This document shows positions 1-15,030 of a stretch of 64,000 bases of DNA, in pieces (position 1 is the first letter of the stretch; every line of letters begins with the position of its first letter). Made by a program: the position numbers and the translations under genes. Below the pieces are notes generated by a model. It searched no databases and was not told the DNA's origin. It was given only the letters and a program-made list of their open reading frames with translations. This DNA is from Dendrobates tinctorius (Eukaryota), in NCBI RefSeq assembly GCF_039654945.1, contig NW_027361733.1:23560001-23624000 (forward strand), written 5' to 3'.

Positions 1-351
1 CAGGGAAGGGGTGACAGCACCAGAGACGTCCTGAGTTTTCTCCAGGTCACTAGTGGCTCATCTTCATATTTTCAAGACAGGAAGCAGCATTTCCTAGAAG
101 GGATGGAGGTGGCATTACTGGACGATGCAGGTTATGTGACAATTTCTGATGCTGTCAGTGATTGCTGGATGTTACAAGTCACTTCACTTTTCAAGAGCTG
201 AATTTACATAACATGAGCTTCCTTCCAAAAATGCAGAACAAACACCCAGAGAGCAGAAGAGACCAAGAAAAGGAGAAAGATGCTCCTTAAAGGGCCACCT
301 CCCCAAACACAATGATATTCATGTAAAATATGGCTCTACTTACTAGTCATA

Positions 352-1984
<1,633 letters not shown>

Positions 1985-2009
1985 TATATCTGATCCTGGG
2001 AAAAATAGG

Positions 2010-2305
2010 GAATGTCACCCAGCTTAATCGCAGTCCTGAGCGGTCATGGCTACCAATAAAGCTAACATGGAGAGTGGCAACCAACTTATTCACAGTCCTA
2101 AGCATCCATGGCTACCGTTACATCAAGCATAAGGAATGTCACCCAGATTATGCAAGGTCCTGAACATCCATGGCTACCATTACACCAACCATAAGGAGTG
2201 TCACCCAGATTATCCAGGGTCCTGAACATCCATGGCTACCCTTACATCAAGCATAAAGAATGTCTCCCAGATAATCCAGGGTCCTGAACAACCATGCCTA
2301 CCCTA
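2010..2305. repeat. Degenerate ~62-bp tandem repeat, ~5 units
   Basis: Recurring aatgtcacccagattatccagggtcctgaacatccatggctacc at ~2011, 2072, 2135, 2197, 2259. Confidence 0.75.
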
Positions 2306-2381
2306 GGAAGCCTCACCTGTGGGAGCCATAATGGCCATCGTATTGCTTGTCACTGCTCTCTGTGAACACAGACATTATATA

Positions 2382-2791
2382 ACTGTCCACAAATTGAGAA
2401 AATAGATATCCGGCACCGTTGTGTGGAAAAATACCCTGGATGTCTGCACATATATTTTTCACATTAATAAAAAAACACCTTAATCCCACTTGGAATGGGT
2501 GCTCAATCCCATATTGAAAAAACAGAACATTTCATTGTGAAGAGAAAGAAAAAATAGGATGGCACTCACCGTTCATGTGAATCAAATCACTTTATTTCAC
2601 ATACACAAGGCATCGGCATAGGCACGGGAGCAATGTGCTGGAAGACGGACAACAGTCGTTTCGCGCTCAATACGCTTCAACAGGTCCTATTAGGACATTG
2701 CTCCCGTGCCTATGCCGATGCCTTGTGTATGTGAAATAAAGTGATTTGATTCACATGAACGGTGAGTGCCATCCTATTTTTTCTTTCTCTT
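2382..2791. mobile_element. Penelope-like retroelement remnant (inverted pseudo-LTR pair)
   Basis: 15-bp direct repeat cacagacattatata at 2367-2381 and 2792-2806; 101-bp inverted arms 2536-2636 and 2695-2795; aataaa...ggtgagtgcc motif; hammerhead-like core in the loop. Confidence 0.65.
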
Positions 2792-5700
2792 CACAGACAT
2801 TATATATAATAAGACACAGACGTTTTAACATATTTTTTCAGGAGGGAAATATACTATAAATACTATGGACGAAAATGGTTTACCCCACATATGACCTAAT
2901 GTCATCGGTTTAGACTTTAGCTCCACATCGCAGTAATGATAGCGATAGAGTCAACCTTTTTTTTTTAATTTTCTGCTGCATTTACTTGGTTTTCAGTCTT
3001 GTTTTTTTCCCTTTGCAAAGCAAAAAATCATATAGTGATTGTGGAAACCATCAGCAAGCTGCTGCTGACAGTTTCTATACACTTCTTTATTCTATTTGGC
3101 GGTTTAATTGCATAATGGTTTCCTGCAGGCTTAGGGTGATACCACACGCGAAGGCTGGCAGCACAAGTCCAAGACACCGACCACCGTGATGGACAATTGC
3201 TGCATGACCTTCTTTAGAATTAGCCCATCACATTGTATGGCCACAGCGTTAGGGGTCTAAAGGGAGCGTAAACTACTTAATATCCTGCCTTAACCACAAC
3301 AACACATTAGATGGCTGTTGGCTGAATGATTATTTGACCAGCAGCCATGTCAGCCATCTCTCCCATACACCGGAGCGCTCATTCGGCCAAGTGCCAAATG
3401 AGAAAGTCAACACCCAACAAGTCTCTGGCGACGGTTTATCTCCGAAAGACAATGCGGTTGACAGTCCGAAATGTCATCAATATCAGCAGATTTGCCCGAC
3501 ATTAGTCTAATGTAATGTTTTCCCAAACTTCAGTCCTACAGATCCTGAAAACCTGATCAGTTGGGGTCAGGAGGACTGGAGTGTGGGAAACACTCGACTA
3601 ATGTACATGGGGCTTTAAGTTGCATTTATGCTGAAAGACTATCGTAAATGAGTGGTCTTAAAAAAAAAAAAAAAATTTTCACGATAATCTTGCAGTGTGA
3701 ACAGGCTGCAGATCACCTGACGACTAAGCAAAATGCTCGTTCGTCAGGTGAAATATTATTTTGCGCTGCTTAAAAGATCATCATTCTCGTTGGCGCATCA
3801 TCCTATGTCATAGGTTTTGCACTGTCGAGAATAAGGACATCCAGCGAGCATGAAGCGTTATGGTATACACCTACAATAGATTGCTCAGTGCACATTGTTT
3901 ACTGCGATCTTCCTTTAAAAATGTCAGTAAATTGATTACGGAGTGGCGGTCATATTGTGCCGCCAGCTGGTCCATGTAAACAGATCCTCAGTCTAGTTCT
4001 ATGTTTATATAAAGCACCCAGGTAACTGGATTGTTGGAAATATGGACACAACACAATTTAAGGTAAGACCGCTACAATAAAAAATGTAATTAGCCTACTT
4101 GTTGGTGGTTTCCATATATATAATTTCCTTTTTTAAACAAATAAATACATGAAGCTATAGTACATACATACACAGTTTTACAGACTGCGAGGCTATGGAA
4201 GAACTTCCCCTAAAGTATCTCAACTGCACAGTCTGCGAGCACGGCCATGCACACACCATAAATTACGGTATATTGTCCTGTATATTCACTCATGCTTGAA
4301 CCTCTATTGGTCTGAGGCCAATAAACATTATTCTACTAGTAGATCCAAACTATCCACTTATGTCTACATACTGCAATAGACAGGACAAACACAAACAAAT
4401 CCATATACAGAAGATGTTCCACCAGAATAAATATACAGGGACCAGAAGCTAAAAGCTAAGTCACAAAGAAAGCAGTAGGACAGGAAGGCTAACAGAAAAC
4501 TTACCGTAAAACTCAAAGCTGGCAGAACATCTCTGGCCGTTCACAAGACTGCACGGGGAAAGAGGAACCAAAAATGAGATATCAGCAGGAAACACAGAAG
4601 CTGCAAACACATAACCACTGAACCCTATACACTAGGCTCACTTGAACTCTGCTCATGTCATGGTTAGTGGTCCTCCTACTCATCTGCCACTATTAGTATA
4701 TCCTTTTAGTGCATTATAGCACACAACGCTATAATACTGCCTCCTCTGTACAAGACTATAACTACTATAATATTACCCCTATGTACAAGAATATAACTAC
4801 TATAATACTGCCCCTATGTACAAGTATATAACTACTATAATACTGCTCCCATGTACAAGAATATATCTACTATAATACTGTCCCTATATACAAGAATATA
4901 ACTACTATAATACTGTCCCCTATGTACAAGAATATAACTACTATAATACTGCCCCCATGTACAAGAATATAACTACTATAATACGGTCCCCTATGTACCC
5001 TATGTACAAGAATATAACTACTATAATACTGCCCCCAAGTACAAGAATATAACTACTATAATACTGCCCCATGTACAAGAATATAACTACTATAATACTG
5101 TCCCTATATACAAGAATATAACTACTATAATACTGTCCCCTATGTACAAGAATATAACTACTATAATACTGTCCCCTATGTACAAGAATATAACTACTAT
5201 AATATTGCCCCTATGTACAAGAATATAACTACTATAATACTGTCCCCTATGTACAAGAATATAACTACTATAATACTGCCCCCATGTACAAGAATATAAC
5301 TACTATAATACTGCTCCTATGTACAAGAATATAACTATTATAATACTGCTCCCTATGTACAAGAATATAACTACTATAGTACTGCTCTCTATGTACAAGA
5401 ATTTAACTACTATAATACTGCTCCCTATGTACAAGAATAAAACCACTATAATACCGTCCCCTCCCCCCCGTGGTTAGTGGACCTCCTACTCATCTGCCAC
5501 TATTAGTATATCCCTTTAGTGCATTATAGCACACCATACTATAATACTGCCCCTATGTACACGAATTTAACTGCTATAATACTGACCCTATGTACAAGAA
5601 TATAACTACTATAATACTGTCCCCTATGTACAAGAATATAACTACTATAATACTGCCACTATGTACAAGAATATAACTACTGTAATACTGCCCCCTATGT

Positions 5701-6000
5701 ACAAGAATATAACTACTAAAAGGCCAGGGTCACACTAACCAACGCAAAATACGGTCAGTATTTTACATGCGTAATACGGATGAATGGCCCCTAAACAGTG
5801 CTCCATATGTCATCCGTAATCAAGGTGTGGTCGCGTATTTTGCGCATGTCAGCATCCGTATGTAATCCGTATGGCATCCGTATGGCGAGATTTTCTCGCA
5901 GGCTTGCAAAATGGACATATAATGGAGCCCTATGACAGGGTTTCTAACAGAAACCAAAGAAAAGATATAGACACATAGAATGCATATATATATATATATA

Positions 6001-7572
6001 CAGTGGGGCAAAAAAGTATTTAGTCAGTCAGCAATAGTGCAAGTTCCACCACTTAAAAAGATGAGAGGCATCTGTAATTTACATCATAGGTAGACCTCAA
6101 CTATGGGAGACAAACTGTGAAAAAAAATCCAGAAAATCACATTGTCTGTTTTTTTTTCATTTTATTTGCATATTATGGTGGAAAATAAGTATTTGGTCAG
6201 AAACAAGCAATCAAGATTTCTGGCTCTCACAGACCTGTAACTTCTTCTTTAAGAGTCTCCTCTTTCCTCCACTCATTACCTGTAGTAATGGCACCTGTTT
6301 AAACTTGTTATCAGTATAAAAAGACACCTGTGCACACCCTCAAACAGTCTGACTCCAAACTCCACTATGGTGAAGACCAAAGAGCTGTCAAAGGACACCA
6401 GAAACAAAATTGTAGCCCTGCACCAGGCTGGGAAGACTGAATCTGCAATAGCCAACCAGCTTGGAGTGAAGAAATCAACTGTGGGAGCAATAATTAGAAA
6501 ATGGAAGACATACAAGACCACTGATAATCTCCCTCGATCTGGTGCTCCACGCAAAATCCCACCCCGTGGGGTCAGAATGATGACAAGAACGGTGAGCAAA
6601 AATCCCAGAACCACGCGGGGGGACCTAGTGAATGAACTGCAGAGAGCTGGGACCAATGTAACAAGGCCTACCATAAGTAACACACTACGCCACCATGGAC
6701 TCAGATCCTGCAGTGCCAGACGTGTCCCACTGCTTAAGCCTGTACATGTCCGGGCCCGTCTGAAGTTTGCTAGAGAGCATTTGGATGATCCAGAGGAGTT
6801 TTGGGAGAATGTCCTATGGTCTGATGAAACCAAACTGGAACTGTTTGGTAGAAACACAACTTGTCGTGTTTGGAGGAAAAAGAATACTGAGTTGCATCCA
6901 TCAAACACCATACCTACTGTAAAGCATGGTGGTGGAAACATCATGCTTTGGGGCTGTTTCTCTACAAAGGGGCCAGGACGACTGATCCGGGTACATGAAA
7001 GAATGAATGGGGCCATGTATCGTGAGATTTTGAGTGCAAACCTCCTTCCATCAGCAAGGGCATTGAAGATGAAACGTGGCTGGGTCTTTCAACATGACAA
7101 TGATCCAAAGCACACCGCCAGGGCAACGAAGGAGTGGCTTCGTAAGAAGCATTTCAAGGTCCTGGAGTGGCCTAGCCAGTCTCCAGATCTCAACCCTATA
7201 GAAAACCTTTGGAGGGAGTTGAAAGTCCGTGTTGCCAAGCGAAAAGCCAAAAACATCACTGCTCTAGAGGAGATCTGCATGGAGGAATGGGCCGATATAC
7301 CAACAACAGTGTGTGGCAACCTTGTGAAGACTTACAGAAAACGTTTGACCTCTGTCATTGCCAACAAAGGATATATCACAAAGTATTGAGATGAAATTTT
7401 GTTTCTGACCAAATACTTATAAACAGACAATGTGATTTTCTGGATTTTTTTTTCTCAGTTTGTCTCCCATAGTTGAGGTCTACCTGTGATGTAAATTACA
7501 GACGCCTCTCATCTTTTTAAGTGGTGGAACTTGCACTATGGCTGACTGACTAAATACTTTTTTGCCCCACTG
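6001..7572 (+). mobile_element. Tc1/mariner DNA transposon with intact ORF
   Basis: TA|cagtggggcaaaaaagtatttagtcagtca...tgactgactaaatacttttttgccccactg|TA; ~200-bp TIRs. Confidence 0.95.
6367..7389 (+). CDS. Tc1-family DD34E transposase, 340 aa, uninterrupted
   Basis: Paired-like HTH N-terminus, [23 protein letters not shown] with 34 residues between the second D and E, C-terminal KGYITKY. Confidence 0.93.
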   Translation: MVKTKELSKDTRNKIVALHQAGKTESAIANQLGVKKSTVGAIIRKWKTYKTTDNLPRSGAPRKIPPRGVRMMTRTVSKNPRTTRGDLVNELQRAGTNVTRPTISNTLRHHGLRSCSARRVPLLKPVHVRARLKFAREHLDDPEEFWENVLWSDETKLELFGRNTTCRVWRKKNTELHPSNTIPTVKHGGGNIMLWGCFSTKGPGRLIRVHERMNGAMYREILSANLLPSARALKMKRGWVFQHDNDPKHTARATKEWLRKKHFKVLEWPSQSPDLNPIENLWRELKVRVAKRKAKNITALEEICMEEWADIPTTVCGNLVKTYRKRLTSVIANKGYITKY

Positions 7573-8966
7573 TATATATGTGTCTCAATGACATGTGTAT
7601 ATATATATATATATATATATGTATTCTATGTGTATATATCTATTCTTTCGTTTCTTTATTAAACCTGTCAGTGTGAGATTACTGTATAGTGCACTGAAGT
7701 GCCGGCTTTTCTAAAAGACACCTGGTGCATATTTCTCGCAAGTCAAATGTGTGGTCCGTGTGTAATCCGTATTTTTTGCGCACCCATAGACCTGCATTGG
7801 CGTACTACGGGCGTAGTACGCTGACAATCGCAGCATGCTGTGATTGGCACGGAGCGTAGGATACGGATGAGAAATATACGGCTGTTGGGAGCTGCCCCAT
7901 AGAGAATCATTGGTCCGTGTCTAATGCGTGCTTTTAACGCCTCTCACTCGGCCGTATTCCTCGTTAGTGTGACCCCGGCCTTATACTGCTCCTATGTACA
8001 AGAATATAAATACTATAATACTGCTCCTATGTACAAGAATATAACTACTATAATACTGCCCCTATGTACAAGAATATAACTACTATAATACTGCCCCTAT
8101 GTACAGGAATATAACTACTATGATACTGCCCCTATGTACAAGAATATAACTACTATAATACTGCTCCTATGTACAAGAATATAACTACTGTAATACTGCC
8201 CCTATGTACAAGAATATAACTACTATAATACTGCTCCCTATGTACAAGAATATAACTACTATAATACTGCTCCTATGTACAAGAATATAACTACTGTAAT
8301 ACTGCCCCCTATGTACAAGAATATAACTACTATAATCCTACCCCCTATGTACAAGAATATAACTACTATAATACTGCCCCCTATGTACAAGAATATAACT
8401 ACTATAGTCCTACCCCCTATGTACAAGAATATAACTGCTATAATACTGACCCTATGTACAAGAATATAACTACTATAATACTGCCCCTATGTACAAGAAT
8501 ATAACTACTATAATACTGCTCCTATGTACAAGAATATAACTACTGTAATACTGCCCCCTATGTACAAGAATATAACTACTATAATCCTACCCCCTATGTA
8601 CAAGAATATAACTACTATAACCCTGCTCCTATGTACAAGAATGTAACTACTATAATACTGCTCCTATGTACAAGAATATAACTAATATAATACTGCTTCT
8701 AAGTAAAAGAATATAACTACTATAATACTGACCCTGTGTACTAGAATATAACCACTATAATACTGTTCCCCCCATGGTTAGTGTACCTCCTACTCATCTG
8801 CCACTATTAGTATATCCTTTTAATGCATTATAGCACACCATACTATAATACTGCTCCCTATGTACAAGAAAATAACTACCATAATACTGCTCCCTATGTA
8901 CAAGAACAGAACTACTATAATACTGCCCCCTATGTACAAGATTATAACTACTATAAAACTGCCCAT

Positions 8967-11474
8967 ATAGAATCATAGAGTTGGAAGGGACCTCCTGGGC
9001 CATCTGGTCCAACCCCCTGCTCAAAGCAGGATTCGCTAAATCATCCCAGTCAGATGTCTGTCCAGCCTCTGTTTGAAGACTTCCATTGAAGGAGAACTCA
9101 CCACTTCTCGTGGCAGCCTGTTCCACTCATTGATCACTCTAACTGTCAAAAAGTTTTTTCTAATATCTAATCTGTGTCTCCTCCCATTCAGTTTCATCCC
9201 ATTGCTTCTAGTCTTTCCTTGTGCAAATGAGAATAAAGTTGATCCTTCTACAATGTGACAGCCCTTTAGATATTTGTAGACAGCTATTAAGTCTCCTCTC
9301 AGTCTTCTCTTTTGCAAACTAAACATTCCCAAATCCTGCAACCTTTCCTCATAAGACAGGGTTTGCAGACCGGTCACCATTCTGGTCGCTCTTTTCTGAA
9401 CTTGCTCCAGTTTGTTGATGTCTTTTTTAAAATGTGGTGCCCAAAACTGGACACAATATTCCAGATGAGGTCTGACCAAAGAGGAGTAGAGGGAAATAAT
9501 GACTTCACGTGATCTAGACTGTATGCTTCTGTTAATACATCCTAGAATTGCATTTGCCTTTTTTGCTGCTGCATCACACTGTTGACTCATATTCAGTCTG
9601 TGATCTATTAGTATACCCAAGTCTTTTTCACATGTGCTGTCACTTAGCCCTATTCCTCCCATTCTATATATGTTTTTTCCATTTTTATTGCCCAGATGTA
9701 GTACTTTGCATTTCTCCCTGTTAAAAACCATTCTGTTAGTTGCTGCCCACTTCTCCAGTTTATTTAAATCTTTTTGAATCCTCTCTCTCTCTTCTCTAGT
9801 ATTAGCTATCCCTCCTAGCTTTGTGTCATCAGCAAATTTAATCAGTTTACCCTCAATTCCTTCATCTAAATCGTTGATAAAGATGTTGAACAATACAGGG
9901 CCCAGGACAGAGCCCTGTGGTACCCCACTTGAGACATTCTTCCAACTGGATGTGCAGCCATTTACGACCACTCTTTGGGTCCGATCACTAAGCCAGTTAT
10001 GAATCCACCTAACAGTTGCCTTGTCCATTCCATACTTAATCATTTTTTCAATAAGGATTGTATGAGAGACTTTGTCAAATGCTTTGCTGAAGTCAAGATA
10101 TACTATATCTACAGCATTTCCTTGATCCACCCAATCAGTGATACCGTCATAGAAGGAAATTAAGTTAGTCTGACATGACTTATTAGTTACAAACCCATGC
10201 TGACTCTGTTTAATCACTTCATTCTTATCCAGGTATTGACATACATGTTGTTTAATAATTTGTTCAAAGATCTTTCCTGGTATAGAAGTCAGACTCACCG
10301 GCCTATAGTTACCTGGGTCCACCTTCTTCCCCTTTTTGAAGATAGGAACAACATTTGCTCTTCTCCAGTCTTCTGGCACTTCTCCTGTTCTCCAAGAATT
10401 TTCAAAGATTATAGAGAGGGGTTCAAAAATTTCTTCTGCTATCTCCTTCAGTACTCTGGGGTGTAATTCATCTGGACCTGGAGACTTGAATTCATTTAGG
10501 CTAGCTAAGTGTTTCCTCACTATCTTTCTGTTTATAGATATCCTGGATTATTATATTCCCTTAATAGGACAGTGAATAACAGTTGATGTTACATTTCCTT
10601 TCTGAGAGAAAACAGATGCAAAATAGGAATTTAAAAGTTCAGCCTTCTCAACATCCTGTCTTACCATTTCATCATTTTCATCCTGTAAAAATCCTATAGC
10701 ATCTTTGACTTTTCTTTTACTTTTGACATATCCCCAAAATCCTTTATTATTGCTTTTGACATCTCTTGCAAGCCTCAATTCATTTTCAGCTTTAGCTAAT
10801 CTGATTTGTGCCCTGCAGGTTCTGCAGACAGCATTATATTCTTCTTTAGATATGCCTCCCTCTTTCCATTTTATAAACATTTTTTTCTTCCTTTTTAGCA
10901 TGTGCTTAAGTTCTGTGTTCATCCATCCTGGTTTCCTTAACTGCTTCCTATTCTTCCCTCTTTTCGGAATTGTTAACAACTGTGCTTTGAGAATTTCATT
11001 TTTCAAGATTTCTCATCCTTCCTGGACATTTTTGTCTTTAAGGATATCCAGCCATTGGATCCCTCCAATTCTCTTTCTGAATCCCTTAAAATCTGCCTTT
11101 CTGAAATCTAACCTTGATGTCTGAGTCTTCACAGGTCTTCCGCCTCTAGTTATCCAAAATTCTAAAATAGCATGGTCGCTACCTCCTAGGGTCCCAGCCA
11201 CTTTTACCTCCTCAACCATTTCCTCCCTGTTTATAAGGATTAGATCCAAGGTAGCAGTTCCCCTTGTTTTCTCCCTTACCTTTTGGAAGATAAAGTTGTC
11301 AGCAAGAGAGGATAAGAATTTCCTTGACCTGTTAGTTTTGCCTGAGAGAGATTCCCAACAAATGTCTGGATAGTTGAAATCTCCCATGACAACTATGTCA
11401 TATTTTTTGGAGAACTTGGCCATTTGATGCATAAAGAGTTCATCCATAGCTTCAGCTTGCACAGGCGGCCTGTA
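8967..11474 (-). mobile_element. CR1 LINE, 5'-truncated (ORF2 endonuclease C-terminal part, RT, 3' UTR)
   Basis: ORFs 11013-11492, 10551-11006 and 9036-10520 are one frame broken only by stops; motifs YYRPP, GDFN, SDH, PGPD, YRPVSL, QHGF, GVPQGSVLGP, FADD; 3' tail ctatgattctat typical of CR1. Confidence 0.95.
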
Positions 11475-14209
11475 GTACAAGAATATAACCACTATAATAC
11501 TGTCCCCTTATGTACAGGAATATAACTACTATAATATTGTGCTCCCTATGTACAAGAATATAACTACTATAATACTGCTCCTATGTACAAGAATATAACT
11601 AATATAATACTGCTTCTAAGTAAAAGAATATAACCACTATAATATTGACCCTATGTACTAGAATATAACCACTAAAATACTGTCCCCCCCCCGTGGCTAG
11701 TGTAACTTCTACTCATCTGCCACTATTAGTATATCCTTTTAGCGCATTATAGTACACCATACTATAACACTGCTCCCTATATACAAGAACATAACTACTA
11801 TAATACTGCTCATATATACAAGAATAAAACTACTATAATACTGCCCCCATGTAAAAGAATATAACTACTATAATACTGCCCCCTATGTACAAGAATATAA
11901 CTACTATAATACTGCTCCTATGTACAAGAATATAACTACTATAATACTGCCCTCTATGTACAAGAATATAACTACTATATTACCCCTATGTACAAGAATA
12001 TAACTACTATAATACTGCCCCTATGTACAAGAATATAACTACTATAATACTGCCCCTATGTACAAGAATATAACTACTATAATACTGCTCCTATGTACAA
12101 GAATATAACTACTATAATACTGTCCCTATATACAAGAATATAACTACTATAATACTGTCCCCTATGTACAAGAATATAACTACTATAATACTGCCCCCAT
12201 GTACAAGAATATAACTACTATAATACTGCTCCTATGTACAAGGATATAACTACTATAATACTGCCTCCTATGTACAAGAATATAACTACTATAATACTGC
12301 CACCTATGTACAAGAATATAATTACTATAATCCTGCCCCCTATGTACAAGAATATAACCACTATAATATTGACCCTATGTACAAGAATACAACCACTATA
12401 ATACTGTCCCCCCGTGGTTAGTGGACCTCAAACTCATCTGCCACTATTAGTATATCCCTTTAGTGCATTATAACACACCATACTATAGTAATGCTCCCTA
12501 TGTACACGAATTTAACTGCTATAATACTGACCCTATGTACAAGAATATAACTACTATAATACTGCTCCTATGTACAGGAATATAATTACTATAATACTGC
12601 TCCTATGTACAAGAATATAACTACTATAATACTGCTCCTTTGTACAAGAATATAACTACTATAATACTGCTCCTATGTACTAGAATATAACTAATATAAT
12701 ACTGCTTCTAAGTAAAAGAATATAACTACTATAATACTGACCCTGTGTACTAGAATATAACCACTATAATACTGTTCCCCCCCATGGATAGTGTACCTCC
12801 TACTCATCTGCCACTATTAGTATATCCTTTTAATGCATTATAGTACACCATACTATAATACTGCTCCCTATGTACAAGAACAGAACTACTATAATACTGC
12901 CCCCTATGTAGAAGAATATAACTACTCTAATACTGCCCCCTATGTACAAGATTATAACTACTATAATACTGCCCATATGTACAAGAATATAACTACTATA
13001 ATACTGCTCCTATGTACAAGAATATAACTAATATAATACTGCTTCTAAGTAAAAGAATATAACCACTATAATATTGACCCTATGTACTAGAATATAACCA
13101 CTATAATACTGCCCCCCCCCCGTGGTTAGTGTACCTCCTACTCATCTGCCACTATTAGTATATCCTTTTAGTGCATTATAGTACACCATACTATAATACT
13201 GCTCCCTATATACAATAACATAACCACTATAATACTGCTCATATATACAAGAATAAAACTACAGTACTATAACACTGCCCCCTATGTATAAGAATATAAC
13301 TACTATAATACTGCCACCTATGTACAAGAATATAACTACTATAATACTGCCCCCTATGTACAAGAATATAACTACTATAATACTGCCCCCTATGTACAAG
13401 AATATAACTCCTATAATACTGCCCCTATGTACAAAAATATAACTACAATAATACTGCACCCTACGTACAGGAATATATCTACTAGAATACTGCACCCTAC
13501 GTACAGGAATATATCTACTAGAATACTGCCCCTATGATGATTATGGAATGGTATGGGTAAGGTAATTTTCATAAGTAGCTTGCATCTATTTACACGTTAT
13601 TACACTGTACATCCTGTATACAGACATATTTCTCACGATCCACTTGTTTCTCTTTCTTTGTAATCTATATATTTATCTCTGTCGTGTCTTCAGTCATTAA
13701 ATAGTGTCGTCCTAAGGGGTTGATTTCGATCTTGTGGTGTCAACACATTTTACACAGATAAACATCAGCAGTAATTTTCTTCTTCCCGTGCACCTGCCAT
13801 GGAAAAAAGACAAAAAAGGCAAGTGAGGCTAAATATAAGACAAAAAAACTAATTTACAGAAATCATTCTACATCTCCAGAATTTACAAAGTTTTCTCCAC
13901 TGTGCTATGGCCACCTTGCATGTGGCTATAGTGGGCAGGAAGAACTTTCCATCTGAAAACAGATCTAGGTGTCTTTACACTCCAGAAAAGTACCACTACA
14001 AACAGAAGCGTACACAGAAATCATGGGGCCCCGTAGCAAAAGTTCTAATTGGGCCCTTCCCCCCCAAAAAATAAATAATTGCTGGGGTCACAGAAGAGCA
14101 TATCTCACAACTTTCCAGCCTTTAAATAGCAATTTTCCTCCTGCTGAAGTACTATATTTACTTCATTTATTGCCCCCATAAATTATGATGCCAACAAAAG
14201 TTTCCCTGA

Positions 14210-14725
14210 AACACAGTATGATACCCCCATAGTGAAGTCCTCCACATTAGCCTCTACATGCACAGTATAATGACCCTACTGTACCCCACCTCAACTCCCA
14301 AGGCAAAGTATTGTGACTCCAACACAGTATGATCCCCCAACTGTGACCCCCCCCCACACACAGCCCTCCGTGCAGTATGGTGGTCCTACATACAGTATAG
14401 TGGCCCCACAACTCTCCACACTGTATAATGGCTTGCACTAGCACTCTAAACAGTATAATGGCCCACACACAAACCTAAATGCTGTATAATTGCTTGCATA
14501 CAGTCTAATTTCCCTCACATAGCCCTTCAAATATTATAATGGCCCCACATAGCCCTTCAAATATTATAATGGCCCCACATAGCCTTCCATATAGTATACT
14601 GGTCCCCATATAGTTCTCCATATAGTATAATGGCCCCCATAATCCTCCATATAGTATAATGCACTCCCCATGGTCCTCCATACAGTATAGTGCACCCCTA
14701 TGCGATAAACTGCACTCCACATGTA
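14210..14725. repeat. Degenerate ~32-bp minisatellite (cagtataatggccccacatagccctcc-like)
   Basis: Recurring agtataatggccccaca units. Confidence 0.7.
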
Positions 14726-15030
14726 AATCACTATATAAGGTCAGAGAAACATGACTAAGACAGAGGCAGAAAGTTGGGTACCTGTACTTATGCAGTCATC
14801 GCAACACTGTACAAGTATAAGTGTTGTGAATTTCCCAGGGGTTCTCCGTCTTGGTGTTGCTTCTCTGATATTCCAGACAGATGATGTTTAAAAGCCTCTT
14901 CGTGATGAATGATGTGAGTATATGTAGTTAACCTTTATATGTATTTCATGTTTATATGTGGTTAATCTTTATATGTACTTAACCTTTGTATGTTAAAATA
15001 TACAAAAGTGTACTCAATCATACTATTCCT

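Larger units (their letters stand above)
5722..7980. mobile_element. PIF/Harbinger-like MITE hosting the Tc1 insertion
   Basis: TIRs ggccagggtcacactaac / gttagtgtgaccccggcc; inserted in the satellite; Tc1 sits in its internal (TA)n tract. Confidence 0.7.
4661..13535 (+). repeat. 35-36-bp satellite (tatgtacaagaatataactactataatactgcccc)n with periodic ~70-bp spacer, interrupted by MITE+Tc1 and CR1
   Basis: Direct reading; blocks ~4730-5720, 7983-8966 and 11475-13535. Confidence 0.95.

Noticed and set aside
1-201. 66-codon open frame on + at the window edge
   Set aside because: No recognisable homology; length compatible with chance; cannot be judged without upstream sequence
6276-7319. Antisense ORFs over the Tc1 transposase (similar ones over CR1 and SOX12)
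   Set aside because: Shadow ORFs of real coding sequence with no independent motifs
4661-13535. CRISPR-like repeat/spacer appearance of the 35-36-bp array
   Set aside because: Units are head-to-tail without unique spacers, the interrupting 70-bp block is itself repeated, there are no cas genes, and the context is vertebrate
14860-14925. C/D snoRNA-like boxes (GTGATGA, CTGA)
   Set aside because: CTGA lies upstream of the C box with no downstream D box or terminal stem
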